Source: Eledone cirrhosa (Eukaryota). From it: a DNA stretch of 64,000 nucleotides. The translations under genes and the position numbers were made by a program. Shown piece after piece: positions 39,334 to 51,499 of the stretch (positions are counted from its first letter, which is position 1; each line of letters opens with the position of its first letter). Under the pieces are notes generated by a model, which saw nothing but the letters and a program-made list of their open reading frames with translations, was not told the origin of the DNA and searched no databases. The DNA is taken from NCBI GenBank assembly GCA_964016885.1, contig OZ024757.1, positions 10,788,001 to 10,852,000 of the forward strand. Direction: 5' to 3'.

Positions 39334-40036
39334 CCGGAAGTGTTGACATCACACACTCTCTCTTTCTATATATATGGTAGTTGAAGTGGTGGTGGTGGTG
39401 GCAATGATATACCGGAAGTGTTGACATCACACTCTCTCTTTCTATATATATGGTAGTGGAAGTGGTGGTGGTGGTGGTGGTAATGATATACCGGAAGTGT
39501 TGACATCACACTCTCTCTTTCTATATATATGGTAGTGGAAGTGGTGGTGGTGGTGGCAATGATATACCGGAAGTGTTGACATCACACACTCTCTATTTCT
39601 ATATATATGGTAGTTGAAGTCGTGGTGGTGGTGGTGGCAATGATATACCGGAAGTGTTGACATCACACTCTCTCTTTCTATATATATGGTAGTTGAAGTG
39701 GTGGTGGTGGTGGTGGTGGCAATGATATACCGGAAGTGTTGACATCACACTCTCTCTTTCTCTATATATAGTAGTGGAAGTGGTGGTGGTGGTGGTGGTA
39801 ATGATATACCGGAAGTGTTGACATCACACTCTCTCTTTCTATATATATGGTAGTGGTGGTGGTGGTGGTGGCAATGATATACCGAAAGTGTTGACATCAC
39901 ACTCTCTCTTTCTATATATATGGTAGTGGATGTGGTGGTGGTGGCAATGATATACCGGAAGTGTTGACATCACACTCTCTCTTTCTATATATATGGTAGT
40001 GGATGTGGTGGTGGTGGCAATGATATACCGGAAGTG
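39334..40036 (+). repeat. Minisatellite of 73-82-bp units, each starting with CCGGAAGTG (10 motifs, 9 perfect)
   Basis: Motif starts at 39334, 39412, 39491, 39567, 39648, 39730, 39809, 39882 (variant), 39955 and 40028. Confidence 0.92.
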
Positions 40037-40083
40037 CAACTTTGAAAAGAAGTCAATTTAAATTATTTATTTTAATTCACGCA

Positions 40084-40201
40084 ATGAAGTATTTCCGTCG
40101 GAAAGGTACAGGAACAAAGAGTGCTCTATGTAGGCTACAGTAATAAGCTCTGTAGCCTACATAGAGCACTCTTTGTTCCTGTACCTTTCCGATGGAAATA
40201 C

Positions 40202-40206
<5 letters not shown>
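40084..40206. repeat. 57-bp-arm hairpin with 9-nt loop and 1 mismatch
   Basis: atgaagtatttccgtcgg..ggctacag taataagct ctgtagcc..ccgatggaaatacttcat. Confidence 0.9.
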
Positions 40207-40245
<39 letters not shown>

Positions 40246-40303
40246 GGGGGGGGGTTTGTATATAAATATTCACTCACACATATACATATATATACATATA
40301 CTG

Positions 40304-40334
<31 letters not shown>

Positions 40335-41216
40335 ACATATATATATATATGTATATGTATATACATATATATATATATACATATATATGTAGATATATAT
40401 ATATATACACATATATATGTATGTATGAATATGTACACATACACATATATACACACACATGCATATATACATATAGTATATATATATACGCACATATATT
40501 AATATATTTGTGCGTGTGTGTGTATATATATATATATAAACGCACACACACATGTCTGTGTGTGTGTACATGTATATATATATACACGCACATACACTCA
40601 TGTACATATATATATGTGTGTGTGCATGAGTCCTTCTTTCTGGTGTTTCCTATAGTGTTGTTAGCTGACTTTTGGCTGCTATTTCTAAAGTGTCTATTAA
40701 TATATGCTAGAAATAGCAGTCAAATGCCAGTTAACAAGACCAAATAAGAAGGTTTATATAAACTGCAGACCCGCAAAATTTTTAACTCAATTTCGGGCTT
40801 TAAGTAAGACAAGAGTTATCTTTCTTGCCAAATATTCTCCGTTTGTTGACATAAAAACATCTATTGTTTAAAAAGTTGAGACTGAACTTTAGGTAACTTT
40901 TTCATCTTGTCCACTTCCGGTTTTAATTTTAGCGCTAGAAATAGCAGCCAAGGCAACATATATAGATATATATAATTCTAATCGTAAAGTGCTTTACTAT
41001 TTAAATATATAAAAGACAAGCTTAACGGTTGGAGCTTCCTGGATAAGAAGCTCCAACCGTTAAGGTTGTCTTTTTTCCGGGTATGTCAATATGTATTTAT
41101 AAAACAAATATGTATTTTATCTGATGAAAGCGCACCATAATTTGCCCTGGTTGCCCTTGAAATATATATAAGAAAATAAATATGGTTTTATAAATATAGT
41201 TTCCATTTATTAATAT

Positions 41217-41282
<66 letters not shown>

Positions 41283-41303
41283 ATATGTATATATGTATCA
41301 CAA

Positions 41304-42325
41304 TGTAAGACAGGTGTCTACAGGATGGGTGGGGTTCAATGGTTTAAAGAAAAGGGAAATTCTTTAGAAGCTAATTCTTTAAGGCTGGAATAAGGGTGAC
41401 AAAAGCAGAAAGGGTTCCATCAACAGATTCAAGAGTTGGGGTGAGCCCCCTATTGTGAAGTTTCTCTTAATATATATTCCAGGTGTTGACAAACACATTC
41501 ACACACTCGCCCACTTACACATGTACACACACATACACGCACGCACACAACACACATACATAATGGTACATACACACATGCACATATACAAATATATACA
41601 CATATATATACACAGACATACACATACATATATATATATGTTATATGTATATATGTGTGTGTGTGTATGTATGTACACATATTTGTATGTATGTGTATAT
41701 ATATGTGTATATATTTGTATATGTGTATGTGTGTATGTAGCATTATGTATGTTTGTTGTGTGTGTGTAGGTGTGTGTAAGTGGGCGAATGTGTGAATGTG
41801 TTTGTCGATACCTGGAATATATATAAAGAGAAACTTCATAATAAGGAGAAGCACCCAACACTTGAATCTGTTGATGGAACCCTTTCTGCCTTTGTCACCC
41901 TTATTTCAGCCTTAAAGAATTAGCTTCTAAAGAATTTCCCTTTTCTTTAAACCATTGAACCCCACCCATCCTGTAGACACCTGTCTTACAGCCATTGTTA
42001 GTCTAAGTGATAAACTAGGATTGGTATTCCAAACATGATTTTGTTTACAGTATTCTTCCTGCCTTTGTTAATACTATAGCTTTAAAGAATTAGCTTTTAA
42101 AGAACTCCCTTTTCTTTAAATCCTTCAACCAATGACCTCCACCCTCTCCTACCACCAGAAAAGAAAACATATAAATACCACTACTTGGACAGCAGCTCCC
42201 TGATGATTTCTCATGAATGAAACAGTTCTAGTCCTGTAGAAGCTCTTCTATATTAAAACTTTTATACTCTGCTATGTATTGAGTACCTTACTTACTGTGG
42301 TTACTTCTGATTCAACCCGGAATAA

Positions 42326-42330
<5 letters not shown>
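41304..42330 (+). mobile_element. Penelope-like fold-back element: inverted arms 41304-41990 plus a unique 3' tail containing a hammerhead
   Basis: Arms of ~340 bp around a microsatellite centre; the tail carries the hammerhead at 42194-42244 and ends in (TA)n. Confidence 0.7.
42194..42244 (+). ncRNA. Type I hammerhead ribozyme, core intact
   Basis: agctcc CTGATGA t ttc-tcat-gaa t GAA acag-ttctagtc-ctgt A gaagct. GUA cleavage triplet; stem I has one mismatch. Confidence 0.7.
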
Positions 42331-42361
<31 letters not shown>

Positions 42362-42415
42362 CCTAATCGTAAAGTGCTTTACTATATATATATATATATT
42401 TTATTTATCACTCTT

Positions 42416-42451
42416 TCTTCTGATAAAGGACTAGCGTCCAAAACGTTAAGA
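42416..42451 (+). ncRNA. Degenerate minimal hammerhead (two core G>A changes)
   Basis: tctt CTGATAA a gga-ctagcg-tcc AAAAC GTT aaga; stems I and II intact. Confidence 0.5.
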
Positions 42452-42559
42452 CCCTCTTCCTGCTATATGAAGCGTAATAAGAGAGACACTTTTATTCGTA
42501 TATCTTCATTTTATTACATAATTCCATTATCCATATACATACATGCATACATGAATATA

Positions 42560-42590
<31 letters not shown>

Positions 42591-42829
42591 AAGAGAGAGG
42601 GAGTGTGTGTGAACTTCGTTCTGTACTTTTCTGGGCTTTGGCTGCTATTTCTACCATGCATATACCTGTCCTTCATTCTTCTCTCGGTCTCTGGAACTCT
42701 AGCATGTATATATATATATATATGTGTGTGCTGTGGCACTTGTATTTACAATTATATAAATAAGTATCTAATTATTTAAAGATAGAAAAACGTTTGTGGC
42801 ATTACTACACCTTTAAGTTTAAATTTCAA

Positions 42830-43037
42830 TTGAATAACATTACAGATATGTTTTATATATATATAAATAACATTACAGATATGTTTTATATATATATATA
42901 TATATATATAAATAACATTACAGATATGTTATATATATATAAATAACATTACATGTATGCTATATATATATATATATATATATAAATAACATTACAGATA
43001 TGTTCTTTATATATATATAAATAACATTACAGATATG

Positions 43038-43095
<58 letters not shown>

Positions 43096-43320
43096 CATTA
43101 CATATATGTTTTATATATATATAAATAACATTACAAATATGTTATATATATATATAAATAACATTACATATATGTTATATATATATATAAATAACATTAC
43201 ATATATGTTTTTATATATATATATAAATAACAGTACAAATATGTTGTATATATATATATAAATAACATTACAAATATGTTGTATATATATATATATAAAT
43301 AACATTACAGATATGTTATA
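42830..43320. repeat. Minisatellite aaataacattacagatatgtt(ta)n
   Basis: About 13 units with variable (TA)n spacers. Confidence 0.85.
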
Positions 43321-43478
43321 TATCATCATCATCATCATCTTCCATTTTCCACGCTAGCATGGGTTAGACGGGAGTTGTCCCACTTGAGGCAAGGTTGGTC
43401 GGGTGACCGTGTCTCGCTCATATAGGACTATCTGGCAGGTTTTCTACGGCTGGATGCCCTTCCTAACACCAACCACAT

Positions 43479-43574
<96 letters not shown>

Positions 43575-43577
<3 letters not shown>

Positions 43578-43878
43578 CACATGGCTTAGTGGTTAGAACA
43601 TTGGTCTTGCAATCGAAAGGTTGTGAGTTCAATTCTCAAACCAAGTGATGTGTTGTTTCCTTGAGCAAGACACTTTATTTCACATTGCTCAAGTTTACTC
43701 AGCTGTAGCAATGAAATGATAGGAACTGGGGCAAAAAAGCACCCAGCACTCACTGTAAATGAGGTTGGTGTTAGGAAGGCCATCCAGCTGTAGAAATCAA
43801 GCCAGAATCAGTTCCCCTCTCACCCTTGCAAGCAGGGAAAAAGCGGACGTAAAATGATGACGATGATGATGATGATGA
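43575..43878 (+). mobile_element. tRNA-head, CORE-like SINE with RTE-derived 3' tail
   Basis: ggcacatggcttagtggttag..gagttcaattc head, then gttgtttccttgagcaagacacttta, then a gttaggaagg..catccagctgtagaaa..ggacgtaaaa(tga)n tail shared with the RTE. Related copies at ~10995-11315, 52345-52670 and 61880-61968(-). Confidence 0.75.
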
Positions 43879-43899
43879 TATATATATATATATATAGAG

Positions 43900-44763
43900 A
43901 GAGAAAATTGAGGTTGGTAATGGCACATGGAATATATAAGAGACAGAATACTTTTTTGTGAAAAAACATAATTTTATAAGGTAAGGAAATAATAAAGGGT
44001 ATAAAAAATGACCGGTTTCGATGGGTCTGCAAAAGCCATCTTTTCAAATGTTGATTAATATTAAGAAAAATTAATAATACGAAGAGTTAAAATTTGAGAT
44101 TTGAAAATTCAAGTATAAAATTCATTGTGGGATTTCATAGCAGTTTTCATCTAGGTAGCAACAACAAGTTGACTGCTGTGTCCCTTTCTGGTAGTGAATG
44201 AGAAGTTATTTGGGGTGTGGGTTATTTTATAAAGGTCAGATGTAGCAATCGCCAACTGGCCAGCTGCTGGTCAGTGAGGGGGTGGAAGCAATATCACGCT
44301 CCACTCTCCTACCCACCACAGGAAGATATGTGTATGTATATTGCTTCCACCCCCTCACTGACCAGCAGCTGGCCAGTTGGCGATTGCTAAATCTGACCTT
44401 TATAAAATAACCCACACCCCAAATAACTTCTCATTCACTACCAGAAAGGGACACAACAGTCAACCTGTTGTTGCTACCTAGATGAAAACTGCTATGAAAT
44501 CCCACAATGAATTTTATACTTGAATTTTCAAATCTCAAATTTTAACTCTTCGTATTATTAATTTTTCTGAATATTAATCAACATTTGAAACGATGGCTTT
44601 TGCAGACCCATCGAAACCGGTCATTTTTTATACCCTTTATTATTTCCTTACCTTATAAAATTATGTTTTTTCACAAAAAAGTATTCTGTCTCTTATATAT
44701 TCCATGTGCCATTACCAACCTCAATTTTCTCTATAACCTTCGTTTTGTGTAGAAAATTACACT

Positions 44764-44768
<5 letters not shown>
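43900..44768 (+). mobile_element. Penelope-like fold-back: ~395-bp near-perfect arms (43900-44294 / 44338-44732), 36-nt unique tail, degenerate hammerhead
   Basis: At ~44580-44625: gatgg-cttttgcagac-ccatc GAAAC CG GTC, with the CTGANGA box mutated; (TA)n on both flanks. Confidence 0.75.
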
Positions 44769-44817
<49 letters not shown>

Positions 44818-44890
44818 TCATATGTATGTTTATATATATATGGACGTTAAACGATGATGATGATGATATATATATATATATATAGAAAAC

Positions 44891-46188
44891 ATGAATATAA
44901 AATGAAAGTGCTTTCATAAAGGAATTTATTAGGTATTGACATATGTTTCTGTAACAGACGGAATACCTATGTATCGCTGCTTGCGTAATCATATAATGTT
45001 AGCAAGTATTCGATAGCAAATGTATAAACAGTTGTCACTTCTTCAGAGATATTGGATAAATTGGAAAAAAATCAGAAAAATTGAAGTATTTATATTAGTT
45101 GTAAGAAAGGAAGAAGAGAGGGGATAGTATATGACAGATGGCAATTCAATTTACTGGTAAACAAGTATATAGAAGGTTTAACCTAAAATGGGATATAATA
45201 GTGTCTGCTCCTGCATATCCCAAGGACAGGAATTTTGTAAATTGTGTAATATGGAATTATTTTGTATTATGAAATCCAAAAATATTTTATTAAATAACAG
45301 AATAGAGCGATCGTTATACTGTAACCATCGTTTGAAATCTACATTTTCATATTACAAACGCTACCAGGATTGAACGCCTGTCTCCATCTCCGTTTGATTG
45401 TCAAAATACATATTAACATTCTCTATTACTCTTAACTCTATCAACTCTTCTATTCTTTACCATTTAATATAAACTGCTATAGATAAAATGAGATTTCTTA
45501 ATTCAATGCCCTAATGCATATACCAGCAGGCTACCAGCATTGTTGTTATACAGTAGCAGTGAAAACCTCCCTCTTCCTTAATTGACACTTTATATCTGTA
45601 TTAATACTACTACACCAAACGACCAGCCCTGTCCATTGTTCATTGGTTAAATATAGATTAAAATAGGCACCCCTAAAAATTCTTATTTAGATAAAATAAG
45701 CCATGTACTCATTGTATTCTCATTAAAAACCTTCTATATACTTGATTACCAGTAAATTGAATTGCCATCTGTCATATACTATCCCCTCTCTTCTTCCTTT
45801 CTTACAACTAATATAAATACTTCAATTTTTCTGATTTTTTCCAATTTATCCAATATCTCTGAAGAAGTGACAACTGTTTATACATTTGCTATCGAATACT
45901 TGATAACATTATATGATTACGCAAGCAGCGATACAGAGGTATTCCGTCTGTTACAGAAACATATGTCAATACCTAATAAATTCCTTTATGAAAGCACTTT
46001 CATTTTATATTCATCTTTTCTACATTTTCTCCGGAATATAATTTATACTCGTTGAGCAAACCTACACGCACGCTGTTCATCTCTAACGTGACGATATATT
46101 ATCACTACATTATTGATAACTTGAAATTTTAATATATATATATATATATTTATATATATGTATATATATATATAGACTCATATGTATG

Positions 46189-46259
<71 letters not shown>

Positions 46260-46605
46260 ATATATATGAGTGTATATATATATACATATATATAAATATA
46301 TATATATATTAGAATTTCAAGTTATCAATAATCTAGTGATAATATATCGTCACGTTAGAGATGAACAGCGTGCGTGTAGGTTTGCTCAACGAGTAGAAAT
46401 TATATTCTGGAGAAAATGTAGAAAAGATGAATATAAAATGAAAGTGCTTTCATAAATGAATTTATTAAGTATTGACATATGTTTCTGTAACAGACGGAAT
46501 ACCAATGTATCGCTGCTTGCGTAATCATATAATGTTATCAAGTATTCGATAGCAAATGTATAAACAGTTGTCACTTCTTCAGAGATATTGGATAAATTGG
46601 AAAAT
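44891..46605 (+). mobile_element. 5'-truncated Penelope-like element (Neptune-type GIY-YIG C-terminus) with inverted pseudo-LTR and a further inverted tail copy
   Basis: 45181-45373 encodes NLKWDIIVSAPAY / CKLCNMELFCIM..LLNNRIERSLYCNHRLK. 44891-45180 is the reverse complement of 45728-46014; 46305-46605 is the reverse complement of 45838-46135. Confidence 0.75.
45854..45971 (+). ncRNA. Hammerhead ribozyme with ~80-nt stem II insertion (mirror copies at ~44932-45050 and ~46468-46586, minus)
   Basis: CTGAAGA(45859) a gtgaca..tgttac a GAAAC(45956) atat GTC; palindromic ACATATGT stem III; stem I weak. Confidence 0.6.
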
Positions 46606-46615
46606 ATATATATAT

Positions 46616-47184
46616 ATAAAGTATTAAAAAAATAATGAATAAAACAATGAAACAGTTCCTTATATTAAACAAAAAAAGTTCATTATTTAACGATCGTTTC
46701 TAGGACATATATGTGTTAGAATTGGCATGCATATTCAACAGATCTATGTACAAAATTATACAAAATTATACAAACTATCAAATCTAATATACATACCAAC
46801 ACATACATATGCCGTCTTCAGAAATAATGAAATATATTTATTGATAATAACAACAATTCAAAATTACAGGTCTGTTTGGGAACAGAGTTCAAATTGACCA
46901 ATGAAATACACAAAAATATATCGAGAAAATACAGTTAGGTGTGTGTATATATGTAAGTAACTTCGTTCACAGATATGCATAAGAATATATGCTCACATGC
47001 ATACGCATGTCGAAAAAATGTATGCAAATACAAACATTCAGGGCTAATGTCTCTGTATGTTTATAATCTACAGATAAAATACACATACGTATATAAACAT
47101 ATATACACACTCATATATACACACACATATACATACATTCACGCACACACGCGCATATACACATAAACATACACATACCCACGA

Positions 47185-47243
<59 letters not shown>

Positions 47244-47465
47244 TATGTATATATTATTATTATAACTACATGGATATTAAGGCACACACACAAAAACACT
47301 GCCACTTACATCTATATGCAGAAGATGGTGAAGGGGTTCAGTAATTACTAAGGGTGTCATAACTGCCTATTTATAGAATGTATCTATAAATTTAGAAATA
47401 AAAAGAAATATATAAAAAAAATAATAAACAAATAAAATATATACTCATACATAAAATACACACCG

Positions 47466-47497
<32 letters not shown>

Positions 47498-48155
47498 ATA
47501 CACACATATATACACATACATATACATACACACACACATACATACATATATACACGCACACATACATACACATATACTTAGAGACACATACACATACATA
47601 TATAAATACATAGACACACATGCATACACACATATATATATATACATATATTCTCAACACACGTATATATATACAGATATATGTACACACATATATACAC
47701 AGATACATATTAATAGTATACTTATATTAAAATGCATAATTTTGCCTTCTTTCTTACATTTCTTAATACTAAAACTAATATGTAAACACATATTATGATC
47801 TAAATGCAGATTAATATTCTTATTTACTATTTCCCACTAATAATTTTAATCCCCTTACCCCCCCCTATAATTATTTGTATTTGTAAGCGTTGATGTATGT
47901 ATGTGTATGTAAGTAGGTATGTATGTTTGAGTGTTTGTATGTGAGTATAAAAATACATATGTGCGCATGTAAATAAGTGTGTATGTCTATATATATATAT
48001 ATATATATGTATATGTATATATATATGTATATATATGTATGTATATATATGTGTATGTATATGTGTGTGTATGTATATGTCTATGTATATATATGTGTGT
48101 ATGTATATATGTATGTGTGCGGGTGTATGTGTATATATATTTGTAGAGATGTGTG

Positions 48156-48209
<54 letters not shown>

Positions 48210-48277
48210 CATAATTGTCTGACTGTGTGTATTTATTTATTTATTTTTTTCTTTATATATATATATAGGTGTGTGTG

Positions 48278-48348
<71 letters not shown>

Positions 48349-48399
48349 ATGTATGTGTGTGTGTGTATATGTGTATGTATATTTATGTGTATGTATATA

Positions 48400-48458
<59 letters not shown>

Positions 48459-48895
48459 ATGTATATCTCTTTATTTATGTATGTCTGAGTTGTGTGAATG
48501 TGTGGTTGTATGTGTACATACATACATGGATACGTGTGTATGTGTGTATATATACGTGTATATATATGTGTGAGTGTGTGTGTATATATATATGTGCGTG
48601 TATGTGTATATATATGTGTGTATATATGTGTGTATATATGCGTGTATATATATGTGTGTGTATGTATATATGTATATGTATGTATCTGTGTATATATGTG
48701 TGTACATATATCTGTATATATATATGTGTGTTGAGAATATATGTATATATATATATATATATATGTGTGTATGCATGTGTGTCTATGTATTTATATATGT
48801 ATGTGTATGTGTCTCTAAGTATATGTGTATGTATATGTGCGTGTATATATGTATGTATGTGTGTGTGTATGTATATGTATGTGTATATATGTGTG

Positions 48896-48961
<66 letters not shown>

Positions 48962-49186
48962 TGTATTTTATGTATGAGTATATAATTTATTTGTTTATTA
49001 TTTTTTTTATATATTTCTTTTTATTTCTAAATTTATAGATACATTCTATAAATAGGCAGTTATGACACCCTTAGTAATTACTGAACCCCTTCACCATCTT
49101 CTGCATATAGATGTAAAAATGTAAGTGGCAGTGTTTTTGTGTGTGTGCCTTAATATCCATGTAGTTATAATAATAATATATACATA

Positions 49187-49231
<45 letters not shown>

Positions 49232-49931
49232 TCGTGGGTATGTGTATGTTTATGTGTATATGCGCGTGTGTGCGTGAATGTATGTATATGTGTGTATATA
49301 TATGAGTGTGTATATATGTTTATATACGTATGTGTATTTTATCTGTAGATTATAAACATACAGAGACATTAGCCCTGAATGTTTGTATTTGCATACATTT
49401 TTTCGACATGCGTATGCATGTGAGCATATATTCTTATGCATATCTGTGAACGAAGTTACTTACATATATACACACACCTAACTGTATTTTCTCGATATAT
49501 TTTTGTGTATTTCATTGGTCAATTTGAACTCTGTTCCCAAACAGACCTGTAATTTTGAATTGTTGTTATTATCAATAAATATATTTCATTATTTCTGAAG
49601 ACGGCATATGTATGTGTTGGTATGTATATTAGATTTGATAGTTTGTATAATTTTGTATAATTTTGTACATAGATCTGTTGAATATGCATGCCAATTCTAA
49701 CACATATATGTCCTAGAAACGATCGTTAAATAATGAACTTTTTTTGTTTAATATAAGGAACTGTTTCATTGTTTTATTCATTATTTTTTTAATACTTTAT
49801 CTTGACTCTGTATTCCGTTTATCTTTCACCGAAAGTGATTTTTGAATGCATCTCTTCTTTCCATGATATCCTGATTACATTGAGTTCTTCATACGGATTG
49901 GACACTACCGTAAACTCTTGGTAGATTTATC

Positions 49932-49935
<4 letters not shown>
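46616..49935 (+). mobile_element. Large fold-back element: ~1.1-kb inverted arms (46616-47709 / 48679-49800), ~1-kb spacer, ~130-nt unique 3' tail
   Basis: Near-perfect reverse complementarity seen directly; contains the hammerhead at 49585-49737. Confidence 0.8.
49585..49737 (+). ncRNA. Hammerhead ribozyme with perfect 10-bp stem I and ~115-nt stem II region (mirror copy ~46679-46831, minus)
   Basis: ttcattattt CTGAAGA cggcatatgtatgtgtt...aacacatatatgtcc ta GAAAC gatc GTT aaataatgaa. Confidence 0.72.
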
Positions 49936-49972
<37 letters not shown>

Positions 49973-50369
49973 TCATATGTATGTTTATATATTTATATAT
50001 ATATATATACACTCATATGTATGTTTATATATATATAAAGATATATATACTCTTACATGCATACATCTGAAAATGTATATATGTATGTAAACACATACTT
50101 AAACGTACAGGTATATACATATAGATGGACAGTTATACATATACAATAATTTATTTCTATACATATACCACAAGTAAGGCATGGTGCTGCCAACTAACCA
50201 GACTTCCCTCATAATGGACCAGCTAGATCCCAAAATACAGGCCTGCTAGCCAACACACAGTCCCAATAAGTGTAAGTTACAGCGCAGCTATCTGGACAGA
50301 CTTGTATTAAGGCTACTCATTATCCCACTACATCTTTTGTATACTATATATATACTGTAGATATATACC

Positions 50370-50414
<45 letters not shown>

Positions 50415-50839
50415 ATTGTGTATTCACACATTATCTTAGTAATGAAATAATTAACAATTTTAGTAAATTGTTCAAAATTCTTCATAACCCTTTTGGTAGA
50501 AACCCAGCCAAAATTGGTTCTCGTTCTATGGAAATGGTTCCTATCTAAATTAAAGTCTTCCAACGAAATTCTATATAACAACCATATGTTAAGTTACTAT
50601 GTGAGTAATTAACTAACAATTGTGATAAATAGCTCAACATTAGTCATAATTAATTGAAGTACGAGGTTCATAATTATAATAAAATCTTTGAATAGGCTAC
50701 GAAGCCGGTAAACCTTAAAGGTATGCAACACACACACATCGCTATAGCGTTTCACCAGCCCCTTCCTTTCTCAATCATTACATAGATGTGTGTGTATGTA
50801 ATAATTATTTTATATTGTGTGTCTGTTTATGAATATGTA

Positions 50840-51222
50840 TGAGTAGATGTGTGTGTGTAACCCAGTAGATGTGTGTGTGTGTAACCCAGTAGATGTGTGT
50901 GTATGTAACAAAGTAGATGTGTGTGTGTGTATGTAACCAAGTAGATGTGTGTGTGTATGTAACCAAGTAGATGTGTGTGTATGTAGCTCAGTAGATGTGT
51001 GTATGTAACTCAATAGATGTGTGTATGTAACTCAGTAGATGTGTGTGTGTGTAACACAGTAGATGTATGTGTATGTAACACACTAGATGTGTGTTTATAT
51101 ATAACAGAGTAGATGTGTGTGTATGTATCACAGTAGATGTGCGTGTATGTAACACAGTAGATGTGTGTATATGTAACACAGTAGATGTGTGTGTATGTAA
51201 CATAGTAGATGTATATGTAACT
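50840..51222. repeat. ~22-bp minisatellite gtagatgtgtgtgtatgtaacnca
   Basis: About 16 tandem units. Confidence 0.85.
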
Positions 51223-51499
51223 AAAGTGTAACGTACTTTACGAATGGACGACTAAATGATTTTAACTTGTTTTTTAATAATTGATGGTGGAAAAGATTTT
51301 AAATTGTCTTAACTCAGACCATAAAGTGCCGCAACACGTGGTGTCTGACACTCTTACCGGCTACATAGCCTGGGAGTCTATTTTACCGGCACCGGCTACA
51401 TAGCTTCTTCCTAAAATCTTACAACTGTTAAGTTACTAATTAATAATTAAAAACTTTAGTAAATCCTTCCAATGATATCTCAGTAATAAAATAATTAAT

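Noticed and set aside
39334-40036. Repeat-spacer look resembling a CRISPR array (also 52670-53425)
   Set aside because: Spacers are not unique, no cas genes, eukaryotic context; these are minisatellites.
41121-41140. ctgatgaaagcgc motif (also ctgatga at ~13228, 25172, 34408 and 60636 on the minus strand)
   Set aside because: No supporting stems or GAAA-NUH geometry; a 7-mer is expected by chance.
47384-49038. Many YI/VC/HT-rich ORFs (also 4762-5253, 8120-8562, 40121-40747, 41450-41861)
   Set aside because: Translations of (TA)n/(CA)n microsatellites, not genes.
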